DNA of 64,000 bases from an uncultured Verrucomicrobiae bacterium (GTDB lineage: Bacteria > Chlamydiota > Chlamydiia > Chlamydiales > Rhabdochlamydiaceae). This document shows, piece by piece, positions 18,826 to 27,559 of the stretch (position 1 is its first letter; the number at the start of each line of letters is the position of its first letter). A model generated the notes under the pieces. It did not search any database and had not been told where the DNA came from. It saw nothing but the letters and a program-made list of their open reading frames with translations. The position numbers were made by a program, and so were the translations under genes. The stretch is from assembly GCA_963806855.1 (NCBI GenBank), contig CAWDYW010000001.1, positions 1,152,001 through 1,216,000 on the forward strand. The letters run 5' to 3'.

Positions 18826-20421
18826 ATGAATCGTCAGATGAGTCGTCTACAAAAGCTGCGCGCTGAGTATAAGCCGGAGCTGCCTAAAATCTTGAAGAAT
18901 TTGCATCGGATCCGATTTGAAAAGGGCAAAGCCACTTCAGCAGTTGCCCATAAGGAAGATATTCAGAGGGAATTCCCCCAAACATTTGGACGGCCTATTC
19001 AGAGCGGAATTGAGGGGGATGTCAGGAAGCGCTCTCCATTGAAAGTGGGCGTGGTCCTCTCGGGTGGACAGGCCGCGGGTGGACACAATGTCATTTCTGG
19101 GCTATTTGACGCTCTTAAAGAGCTCTGTCCGCAGAGTCGGCTAGTGGGCTTTTTAGGCGGGCCGAGTGGGATTATCGAGAATAAGACGCTCGAGATCACG
19201 CAAGAGGTGATTGCCCCTTATCGGAACCAGGGGGGATTTGACCTAATTGGCTCGGGCCGAACGAAAATCGAGAGCGACGAGCAGCTCGCAGCATCGTTGA
19301 AGACGTCCGAGGCGCATGGGCTCGATGGGCTCGTCGTGATCGGGGGAGATGACTCCAACACCAATGCAGCGATTTTGGCTGAGTATTTCTTGAAGCATGG
19401 ATGCAAAACGGCGGTTGTCGGGGTGCCGAAGACAATCGATGGCGATTTGCGCAATGAATATATCCCGATTTCCTTTGGCTTCGACACAGCGGCCAAGACT
19501 TATGCTGAGATGATCGGCAATATTCAGCGAGATGCGCTTTCGGCGAAGAAATATTATCATTTCATTAAGCTGATGGGTAGATCTGCCTCTCATATTACGC
19601 TCGAGTGTGCCTTGGCTACCCATCCCAATGTGGCTCTGATCGGCGAGGAGATTGAGGCGAAGAAAATGACCCTGGCGCAGGTGACCAACGAGCTGGCCGA
19701 TCTGATCGAGAAACGGGCGCAGAAGGGGAAGAACTATGGGGTCATTTTGGTGCCGGAAGGGCTCATCGAATTTATCCCCGAGGTGAAAATGTTGATTGGA
19801 GAGCTCAATGGCTTAGGCGAGAAATTGGAGATTGAGAAGCTGAGCCAACCTTGCAAAAGCTGTTTTCTATCGCTGCCTGAGGAGATCCAAAAGCAATTGC
19901 TCCTCGATCGGGATCCCCACGGAAATGTCCAAGTTTCGCAGATTGACACAGAAAAGCTGCTGATGAGCACAGTGAAAAAAGAGTTGGCGAAACGGAACTC
20001 GAAGGCAAAGTTCTCGCCACTAGGCCACTTCTTCGGCTACGAGGGAAGGGCCGGCTTTCCGTCGAATTTCGATACCTGCTACTGTTATGCTTTGGGTTAT
20101 ACGGCAGCTCTGCTTGTCGATGAGAAGATGACCGGGTATATCACCTGCGTTCAGAACCTCCACCAGCCGGTAGAAGATTGGACTATTTCAGGCTTGCCTC
20201 TGACGATGCTGATGAATATGGAGCTGAGGAAAGGGAAGAAAAAGCCGGTCATTCAGAAGGCTCTTGTCGATCTGAAGGGTAAGCCATTTCAGTTCTTTAC
20301 TGAGAATCGGGCAGGGTGGGCGATAGAGGATTCTTATCGCTATCCCGGCCCCATTCAGTACTTTGGAGATGCATCCCTAATCAATGCTGTGCCAATCTCG
20401 ATGCAATTAGAATTAGAGTGA
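18826..20421 (+). CDS. pfp: Pyrophosphate-dependent phosphofructokinase
   Basis: SGGQAAGGHNVI, IGGDDSNT, PKTIDGD, KLMGRSASH, RDPHGNV; GGAGG RBS before ATG 18826. Confidence 0.95.
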   Translation: MNRQMSRLQKLRAEYKPELPKILKNLHRIRFEKGKATSAVAHKEDIQREFPQTFGRPIQSGIEGDVRKRSPLKVGVVLSGGQAAGGHNVISGLFDALKELCPQSRLVGFLGGPSGIIENKTLEITQEVIAPYRNQGGFDLIGSGRTKIESDEQLAASLKTSEAHGLDGLVVIGGDDSNTNAAILAEYFLKHGCKTAVVGVPKTIDGDLRNEYIPISFGFDTAAKTYAEMIGNIQRDALSAKKYYHFIKLMGRSASHITLECALATHPNVALIGEEIEAKKMTLAQVTNELADLIEKRAQKGKNYGVILVPEGLIEFIPEVKMLIGELNGLGEKLEIEKLSQPCKSCFLSLPEEIQKQLLLDRDPHGNVQVSQIDTEKLLMSTVKKELAKRNSKAKFSPLGHFFGYEGRAGFPSNFDTCYCYALGYTAALLVDEKMTGYITCVQNLHQPVEDWTISGLPLTMLMNMELRKGKKKPVIQKALVDLKGKPFQFFTENRAGWAIEDSYRYPGPIQYFGDASLINAVPISMQLELE

Positions 20422-20463
20422 TTTTTATTTAAGATAATTTATAAATAATGCTAATAATAATAT

Positions 20464-21435
20464 ATGGAATTAACTAAATCGAAAAAAGTAGCTGGGCGTT
20501 ATATTAACCCCCATATCGGGAATATTCGGCGCAAAACGAAAGACTTCCTCCTCTGGTCGGTCGGATTCTTTCGCGATCATCCGTTTGAGCTTGTGCCTGA
20601 AGGGTTTACTTATCCGCTCCCGGATAGGGAGTTCGACCCAAATCAGCCTTGGGCCATGTGGATCGGCCATAGTACCTACTTGATTTCGATCAATGGGGTG
20701 CATCTGCTGACCGATCCGATTTGGAGTAGCCGATGTTCTCCTGTCCCATTCGCAGGCCCTAAGCGAAAAACCCCGCCGCCCCTTAAAATCAGCCAGCTTC
20801 CTAAGATCGACTACGTGCTGATTAGCCATGACCACTATGACCACCTCGATCGGCCTACAGTGGAGCGATTGCACCGCCGTTTCCCCCATATTCTGTGGAT
20901 CGTCCCAAAAGGGGTGAAGAGGTGGTTTGAGAAGCAGGGGATCAAGCGGGTTGTGGAGCTCGATTGGTGGGAAGAGGCTCATATCGACGGCTCCTTCAAG
21001 GTATCGGCTGTTCCGACACAACATTTTTCAGGTCGCACTGCCCCCCATGCCAATCGGACCCTATGGCTCGGATATGTTTTCGAGGACCTGAAAGCTAAGA
21101 AGGTCTTCTATTTTGTCGGCGATACAGGCTATAATCCTTACGATTTTAAAAGCATTGGCGCCCGCTTCCCCAAGATCGACCTGAGCTTGATCCCGATTGG
21201 GGCCTATTCGCCGCGCAAATTCATGGCCACTGTCCATATCGAGCCGCGCGATGCAGTCAATATCCACAAAGATGTGGGGTCAATATTCAGTTTAGGGATG
21301 CATTGGAAGACATTCCGCCTTTCCGAAGAGCCGCAAGAGCAGCCCCCCTTCGACCTGCTGAACTCGCTGAAAGCAGAAAAAATCGACCCTGCCACTTTTT
21401 TGGCTCCCGATCCCGGGATTAAAATCAATTGGTAG
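20464..21435 (+). CDS. MBL-fold metallo-hydrolase (NAPE-PLD/RomA-like)
   Basis: WIGHST, LTDPIWS, ISHDHYDHLD, GDTGY, IPIGAY, MHWKTF. Confidence 0.9.
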   Translation: MELTKSKKVAGRYINPHIGNIRRKTKDFLLWSVGFFRDHPFELVPEGFTYPLPDREFDPNQPWAMWIGHSTYLISINGVHLLTDPIWSSRCSPVPFAGPKRKTPPPLKISQLPKIDYVLISHDHYDHLDRPTVERLHRRFPHILWIVPKGVKRWFEKQGIKRVVELDWWEEAHIDGSFKVSAVPTQHFSGRTAPHANRTLWLGYVFEDLKAKKVFYFVGDTGYNPYDFKSIGARFPKIDLSLIPIGAYSPRKFMATVHIEPRDAVNIHKDVGSIFSLGMHWKTFRLSEEPQEQPPFDLLNSLKAEKIDPATFLAPDPGIKINW

Positions 21436-21450
21436 AGTATAATTAGGGGG

Positions 21451-22059
21451 ATGTTCCTCTATTTAAAAGTCAAAATCTACGAGTGGCTAGAGCAGCGCAA
21501 AGTCGAAAAGCTCTTCTATCATAACCAGCGGTTTAAAGAGCGGGATAGAGCTCTGCTCGCAGCCTATCGGACCAAGAATCCATACCGCATCAGCAAAGAG
21601 TTTCTAAAAGTCCACTCCTATGGCGAGACCCCGCTGACAACGATGGCCCGCATAGTCGATGAGTGCGGCCTTTCCTCTGATGATCTCATCATTGAAATGG
21701 GAGCGGGCAGGGGCAGAGCCTCTCTCTTTTTGGCCGAATATGTAGGATGCCGCGTGATCGCCTATGAGCAGATCCCTACTTTCGTCGAAAAAATCTTGCC
21801 TTCACCCAATCTAAAAATCCTTGCGCAAGATATGTTCTCAGCTGACTTTTCTAAGGCCGCGGCGATCTACCTTTATGGGACGATGCTGACCGATGAGGAA
21901 ATTCAGAAGCTATGTGCTATTTTCCCCAAAGGGGTGAAAATTATTACTGTCAGTTATCCCCTGAGCGACTATAGTGAGCATTATATGATTAAGAAGACCT
22001 TTACGGGGAAGTTTCCGTGGGGGAAAACAGAGGTTTATTGGAATGAGCGAATTAGCTAA
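21451..22059 (+). CDS. Class I SAM-dependent methyltransferase (DOT1-like motifs)
   Basis: YGETP, IEMGAGRGR, DMFSADFS, FPWG. Confidence 0.8.
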   Translation: MFLYLKVKIYEWLEQRKVEKLFYHNQRFKERDRALLAAYRTKNPYRISKEFLKVHSYGETPLTTMARIVDECGLSSDDLIIEMGAGRGRASLFLAEYVGCRVIAYEQIPTFVEKILPSPNLKILAQDMFSADFSKAAAIYLYGTMLTDEEIQKLCAIFPKGVKIITVSYPLSDYSEHYMIKKTFTGKFPWGKTEVYWNERIS

Positions 22060-22384
22060 AAAAAAGTGCGTTCCTTGCACAGTGGGCACCCCGCCGCTCA
22101 AAGGGAAAGAGCTCCAGACTTTTTTCAAGGAATTAGAAGAAGGCTGGAACCTCGTCGACGAGGTGCGGCTTGAAAAGAGCTATAAATTCAAAGACTTTAA
22201 AGGGGCGCTGGCCTTTGTCAATGACTTGGGTAAAATCGCTGAGGAGCAGGGGCATCATCCCGACATCGAACTTTCGTGGGGCAAGGTCAAGGTGATCCTC
22301 TGGACCCACAAGATCCATGGCCTTTCCGAAAGCGACTTTGTGATGGCCGCCAAGTGCGACGTCGCCTTCACTTCACGATTATGA
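22043..22384 (+). CDS. Pterin-4-alpha-carbinolamine dehydratase
   Basis: FKDFKGALAFVN, EEQGHHPDI, WTHKIHGLSESDF. Confidence 0.93.
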   Translation: MSELAKKKCVPCTVGTPPLKGKELQTFFKELEEGWNLVDEVRLEKSYKFKDFKGALAFVNDLGKIAEEQGHHPDIELSWGKVKVILWTHKIHGLSESDFVMAAKCDVAFTSRL

Positions 22385-22395
22385 AAGACTGTCTC

Positions 22396-22481
22396 AACGC
22401 AAAGACGCGGAGGGCGCAAAGACGCAAAAAAAACAAAAAATTTTTCTTCTTTGCGCCTCCGCGCCTCCGCGTCTTTGCGTT
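22396..22481. repeat. Palindromic repeat family A, copy 3
   Basis: AACGCAAAGACGCGGAGGGCGCAAAGACGCAAAA...TTTGCGCCTCCGCGCCTCCGCGTCTTTGCGTT between convergent genes. Confidence 0.85.
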
Positions 22482-22516
22482 TATATAGACCCCGCCGAAA
22501 AAGTACCCTTGACTGT

Positions 22517-23317
22517 TTAAATGTGTTTTTGCCAAATCGCTTGGAGCAGGGCATAGGAGAAATACCCATCGCGGCAAAGGACTTTGGTTTTGACTCCTTT
22601 GATGTCGATCACGATGTATCCCTTAATGAAGGCTTCGCGGATTTCATCAAGCGATAAGTCGAGATTGAGGGCGATCGCTTCGCTTTGATCTTGATGCCGC
22701 TCTTTTCTTTCATGCACTTTGGCAAAAAAGACCGGAATGGTCGCTGATAAAACGCCGGTATCAGGGTTAAAATTCCCAAGAAGGATATACTCTTTTGCTA
22801 AACATCCTGTCTCTTCCTTTAATTCGCGCGCGGCAGATTCTTGAAGGGTCTCTTTATCTTTGCAGCCTCCACGAGGAAGTTCCATCTCCCAGGTGCGGGT
22901 CGCATGCCGGAAATTGATATTGACTACGATCCGTTTATTCTCAAGTACGGGGAGGACTACCACTCCGCAAGCTCCACTCAGTCCCCCTTTCCAGATGATG
23001 CGATCGTAGGTTCCAGGAATTCCACCTGGAAAGGTGACCGCATCCCTTACCCAAATCAGATAATGATCTTCTGCGACGATCCCTACGTGGCTATATTTTT
23101 CGGCATTGGCTCTGGAATAACCCATCCGGATATAGCGCTGGCAGCATTGCTTTTCGATTAGTTTGATCTCTTCAGGAGAGGTGGCGATTTCGATCTCCCC
23201 CTGCTTCCAGCTTCCGTGGCGGCCGAGAGTTTCTGTAAATTGATGAAGTATTTTATCATAATCGGTATCTGCAAAAAGGGCGGAAGAGAGTATAAGAAAA
23301 AGCGCAAGCGTCTTCAT
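22517..23317 (-). CDS. NUDIX hydrolase with signal peptide
   Basis: Nudix box GGCKDKETLQESAARELKEETGC; N-terminus MKTLALFLILSSALFA. Confidence 0.88.
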   Translation of the reverse strand: MKTLALFLILSSALFADTDYDKILHQFTETLGRHGSWKQGEIEIATSPEEIKLIEKQCCQRYIRMGYSRANAEKYSHVGIVAEDHYLIWVRDAVTFPGGIPGTYDRIIWKGGLSGACGVVVLPVLENKRIVVNINFRHATRTWEMELPRGGCKDKETLQESAARELKEETGCLAKEYILLGNFNPDTGVLSATIPVFFAKVHERKERHQDQSEAIALNLDLSLDEIREAFIKGYIVIDIKGVKTKVLCRDGYFSYALLQAIWQKHI

Positions 23318-23351
23318 AACGGAAGATATTGTGCAAAAGAAGGGACATAAG

Positions 23352-24146
23352 ATGCAAGGGGAAATGCCGCTAATTGGGTTGGGGACTTACCAACTCCTCG
23401 GGAAGGAGTGCCGAAAGGTAGTTGAGATGGCGCTGGAAATTGGCTATCGGCATATCGATACTGCTCTTGCCTATGAGAACCATCACGAAATCGGAAAGGC
23501 CATCGAGGGGTTCAACCGCGAGGAGCTATTCATCACATCCAAATTTTTTCTCGACCGGATCGACCATAAAGAGGGCTCGGTGGAAGAGATCTGTAACCAG
23601 GTTTTAAAGGAATTGAGGGTTGAATATATCGATCTGCTGCTCATTCACTGGCCAGACCGGAGCTACCCGATGGAAGAAATTTTTGCCGATCTTTGGAAAG
23701 AGGTGGAGAAGGGGAAGGTCCGTTTTCCAGGTGTATCCAACTTTACTGAGCATCACCTGAAGGATCTCTACGATGCTGGGCTGAAAGTTCCCTATAATCA
23801 GATTGAACTGCATCCTTATTTGACCCAAAAGAAGCTCCGAAATTTTTGCGAGAAAAATGGAACGCGGGTTGTCGCCTATCGCCCATTTGGGAAGGGGGCT
23901 TTATTGAAGGACCCTGTACTGCAGGAGATTGGCGCTAAGCATGGCAAGACGGCCTCGCAGGTGATTTTGCGCTGGCTAGTCCAGCAGGGTATTCCTGTCA
24001 TCCCTAAGGCATCCTCGGAAAAACATCTTAGGGAAAACATCGATCTATTTGACTTTAAGCTAGATGATAGCGAAATGGCAGCGATCGACGGGCTCAATCG
24101 CGATTTTCGTTATTGCGATGTCAATTGGAGTGAATTTGATTATTAA
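23352..24146 (+). CDS. Aldo/keto reductase
   Basis: MPLIGLGTY, GYRHIDTA, LFITSK, DLLLIHWP, GVSNF, NQIELHP, VIPKAS. Confidence 0.95.
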   Translation: MQGEMPLIGLGTYQLLGKECRKVVEMALEIGYRHIDTALAYENHHEIGKAIEGFNREELFITSKFFLDRIDHKEGSVEEICNQVLKELRVEYIDLLLIHWPDRSYPMEEIFADLWKEVEKGKVRFPGVSNFTEHHLKDLYDAGLKVPYNQIELHPYLTQKKLRNFCEKNGTRVVAYRPFGKGALLKDPVLQEIGAKHGKTASQVILRWLVQQGIPVIPKASSEKHLRENIDLFDFKLDDSEMAAIDGLNRDFRYCDVNWSEFDY

Positions 24147-24218
24147 CTCATTCAATTTCACATCAATGTAGTCGGATGTGATATTAATTGTTTCTATTTT
24201 TATTTAATATGTTATTAT

Positions 24219-24374
24219 GAAGTTATAAGAATGCTTCGTCTAATTCGAGTTTATCTCGCTTTAGATAACTCAAGGTACCATTGCCTCTTATAGAGGTAGA
24301 AGATAGTAGGTCGTGTGTCATTCACAGCCTATCGTCAAATCTGGCTTGAGCAACGGAGGCATCTCTTAGCCTTC
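24219..24374 (+). ncRNA. Candidate structured ncRNA, possibly 6S RNA
   Basis: ORF-free gap; ends pair (TAAGAATGCTTCGT / ACGGAGGCATCTCTTA and TTCGAGTT / GGCTTGAG); internal hairpins; TGnTATTAT just upstream; strand and identity unverified. Confidence 0.35.
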
Positions 24375-24403
24375 TCATCCCTAATCTTCGGTAGATGTAC
24401 CGA

Positions 24404-25663
24404 CTAGGACCTTGAGGAGGTTTTTTTTTGCTCGCGAATCTTTTGAAAATAATCGATCCGTTTCTTCATCTCCCGTTCAAACCCTCTCTCAACAGGTTCG
24501 TAGAAGGTGGTCCGCTCTACTTCGTCAGGGAAGTAGTTTTGACCTGAAAAGGCATGTTCTTCGTCGTGATCGTACTGATACCCTTTCCCATAGCCGAGGT
24601 TTTTCATCAGTTTGGTCGGGGCGTTGAGGATGATTTTCGGAGGATTATGCTGGGTGGTCTTGCCGGCAAGATCTCTCGCTTTGCCGTATGCGACGTAGGT
24701 GGCATTGCTTTTAGGGGCGAGGGCGAGGTAGATGACTGCTTGGGCCAAGGCGAGTTCTCCTTCGGGAGAGCCGAGTTGTTCGTAGGTTTTCCAGGCGTCT
24801 AGGGTGATTCTCAGGGCATCGGGGTCGGCGAGCCCGATGTCTTCGGAGGCGGCGCGGATGAGGCGGCGGGCGATGAATTGGGCAGATTCCCCCCCTTCGA
24901 GCATCCGGGCGAGCCAGTAGAGGGAAGCATCGGGATCGGAGCCGCGGATCGATTTGTGCAGCGCTGAGATGAGGTTATAGTGCCCTTCGTCGGCTTTGTC
25001 GTAGAGAGCGGGACGCTTTTGGACCCACTGAAGGAGTTCACTTTCGTCGATGGTTTTTCCTTCGGGTGCTTGGGCGAGGTTTTCGAGCATGTTGAAGAGG
25101 TGGCGCCCATCGCCTTGGGCCATTTGGACGAGAACTTCTTTCGCTTTATCTGTGAGGTGAGGTGAGCCGTGGCGATTCAATAAGACCTCTAGATCTTCTT
25201 CGGTCAGCGGATTGAGGACGAGGGTGCGCATGCGGGAGAGGAGGGCGTTGTTGAGGGAGAAGGAGGGGTTTTCAGTGGTGGCGCCGATTAGGGTAATGGT
25301 TCCATTTTCGACGAAGGGCAAGAGGGCGTCTTGTTGGGCTTTGTTGAAGCGGTGGATCTCGTCGATGAAAATGATGAGATGTCGTCGAAAAAGAGGGCTA
25401 TTTTGGGAGTCGAGGATGGTTTTTTTCAGCTCGGCCACACCGTGTAGGACGGCGCTAAATTGACATAAGTCGGCTTCGAACGCTTTGGCATAGAGGCGGG
25501 CAAGGGTGGTTTTGCCGCAGCCGGGCGGGCCCCAAAGCAGGATCGAGAGGGGACGTTTGCTCGCAATTGTACGGGTAATCCAACCATGCTCGGAGATTAG
25601 ATGGCCTTGCCCAACCATCTCGTCTATCGTTTTGGGTCGGAGTTTTTCTGCTAAGGGGATCAT
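24404..25663 (-). CDS. rarA: Replication-associated recombination protein A
   Basis: PLAEKLRP, WGPPGCGKTT, DEIHRFNKAQQD, GATTENP, SALHKSIRGSD, SEDIGLAD. Confidence 0.97.
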   Translation of the reverse strand: MIPLAEKLRPKTIDEMVGQGHLISEHGWITRTIASKRPLSILLWGPPGCGKTTLARLYAKAFEADLCQFSAVLHGVAELKKTILDSQNSPLFRRHLIIFIDEIHRFNKAQQDALLPFVENGTITLIGATTENPSFSLNNALLSRMRTLVLNPLTEEDLEVLLNRHGSPHLTDKAKEVLVQMAQGDGRHLFNMLENLAQAPEGKTIDESELLQWVQKRPALYDKADEGHYNLISALHKSIRGSDPDASLYWLARMLEGGESAQFIARRLIRAASEDIGLADPDALRITLDAWKTYEQLGSPEGELALAQAVIYLALAPKSNATYVAYGKARDLAGKTTQHNPPKIILNAPTKLMKNLGYGKGYQYDHDEEHAFSGQNYFPDEVERTTFYEPVERGFEREMKKRIDYFQKIREQKKTSSRS

Positions 25664-25672
25664 AGATTGGCA

Positions 25673-27559
25673 TTATAACACCTTAATAGATTTAAATTCC
25701 TGGGTGGCAATCCGGACTCCGCGCGCTTGGGCCCCTTTGACAAGAACTTCTTTGAGGGGATAGACGATTTTACTTAACTTTTGACCTTTTTTCGGAGCAA
25801 ATTGGATCTCAAGCTCTGGCTCGACGGCAGAGGAGATATATTCGAGGTTGCCCTCTTCGTCGATGTAGCGGTAGGCTTTGTCGAGGATGAATTTCTCGAC
25901 GATGAAACGTTTAGCGAAGGCTTGCTTGGTTTCGGTGTTTTTATAGATGACGTTGATGACGGTTGTCTTATCGGCCACTCCCACCCAAACGGCCCCTTCG
26001 ACATACTGCTTTTCTGGGATGTTGATCACTTTATAGGTGCCGTCTTTAAAGAAGACTAGGAGTTTATCAAAATTGGTGCAGCTAAATTGGGTCTCGCCTG
26101 AGATTTTGGTGCCGACGAAGCCGCTCTGGGGATCGTATCCCACTTTGATTTGCTTAGTTTCAATCGCCCGCCGGTCGATCTCTTCGATCGCTTTGATCCG
26201 GGTGCGGCGGGGGAACTCTTTCCCATATTTTTCGATCAGTTTCTTGAGGTAGTTGATCGTGAATTTTTTGACGTTCTTCAGGTGCTTTTCCACCTCAGCT
26301 AACGCCTCTTCGAGCTGCACGATCTCTTCCTTGTTCTTGTCGATGTCGAAGCGGGAAATGCGGCGGATGGGGATTTGGAGCAGCTTCTCTCGGTCGTCAT
26401 GGGTGGGGCTGCGGAGCAGCTCTTTGCGGTAGGGCTTGAAGGAGGTGTCGAGGGTGGTGTGGATCGCCTCAAGGGTTTTGACGGTCTCTATCTTTTTGTA
26501 GATCTTGTCTTCGATGAAGATCCGCTCCAGGGTGCGGTAGAAGATCTTGTCGAGGATTCGCTCTTTTTCGATTTGGAGCTCTCGCTTTAAAAATTCGACC
26601 AGCTTTTCGGTATTGAAACGGAGGATTTCGTCGACATCGGTCTCCCAAGGGTGCCCTTCTTTGATGACGATCACTTGAGAATGGACCGTCACTTCACACG
26701 AGGTGAAGCCGTAGAGGGCGTCGAGCATTTCTTCGGCATATTGCCCGCGCGGGAGTTTGATTTCGATTTCAACCTCTTTGGAGGTGTAGTCGTCGATCGA
26801 CTCGATTTTGATTTTTCCTTTTTTTGCCGCTTCGTCGATTGAACGGATGAGGCTCTCGGTGGTGGTGCCATAGCAGATGTCGCGGATGACGAGGGTTTTG
26901 GGGTCTTTGATCTCGATTTTGGCGCGCAGCTTGATTTTGCCACGCCCTTTGTCATATTCGCTTTTGTCCATGATCCCGCCGGTCGGGAAGTCAGGATAGA
27001 TTTTGAAGTCGCGCCCTTCGAGGTAGGCGATTTGCGCTTCGAGCAGTTCGGTGAAGTTGTGAGGGAGGACATGAGTTGCCATCCCTACGGCGATCCCGTC
27101 GGCTCCTTGCATGAGCAGGAGGGGGATTTTCGCCGGGAGGCTAACCGGTTCGAGGTTCCGCCCATCGTAAGAGGGGATTGTCTCGGTGATGTCGGGGTTG
27201 AACATGGTCTCGCGGGCTAGCTGCGAGAGGCGGGTTTCAATATAGCGGGCTGCTGCAGAAGGGTCGCCGGTGAAAAGGTTACCGAAATTCCCTTGCCGAT
27301 CAAGCAGAAAACCTTTGCTCGCGAGGTTGACGAGGGCTTCGTAGATCGCTGCATCGCCGTGGGGGTGGAGCATCATGGTCTGTCCGACCATGTTGGCCAC
27401 TTTGTGGAGTTTATCGTCGTTTTGTTTGAATAGCGTTTCGAGGATCCGTCTTTGGACCGGTTTCAATCCATCAACCACGTTGGGAATCGCCCTGTCAAGG
27501 ATGACGTAGGAGGCGTATTGAAGGAAATGATCCTTCATCTGATCTCTTAGATCATCCAT
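25673..27559 (-). CDS. parC: DNA topoisomerase IV subunit A (chlamydial second gyrA-like gene)
   Basis: RAIPNVVDGLKPVQRR, HPHGD, AAARYIE; short 628-aa form. Confidence 0.92.
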   Translation of the reverse strand: MDDLRDQMKDHFLQYASYVILDRAIPNVVDGLKPVQRRILETLFKQNDDKLHKVANMVGQTMMLHPHGDAAIYEALVNLASKGFLLDRQGNFGNLFTGDPSAAARYIETRLSQLARETMFNPDITETIPSYDGRNLEPVSLPAKIPLLLMQGADGIAVGMATHVLPHNFTELLEAQIAYLEGRDFKIYPDFPTGGIMDKSEYDKGRGKIKLRAKIEIKDPKTLVIRDICYGTTTESLIRSIDEAAKKGKIKIESIDDYTSKEVEIEIKLPRGQYAEEMLDALYGFTSCEVTVHSQVIVIKEGHPWETDVDEILRFNTEKLVEFLKRELQIEKERILDKIFYRTLERIFIEDKIYKKIETVKTLEAIHTTLDTSFKPYRKELLRSPTHDDREKLLQIPIRRISRFDIDKNKEEIVQLEEALAEVEKHLKNVKKFTINYLKKLIEKYGKEFPRRTRIKAIEEIDRRAIETKQIKVGYDPQSGFVGTKISGETQFSCTNFDKLLVFFKDGTYKVINIPEKQYVEGAVWVGVADKTTVINVIYKNTETKQAFAKRFIVEKFILDKAYRYIDEEGNLEYISSAVEPELEIQFAPKKGQKLSKIVYPLKEVLVKGAQARGVRIATQEFKSIKVL

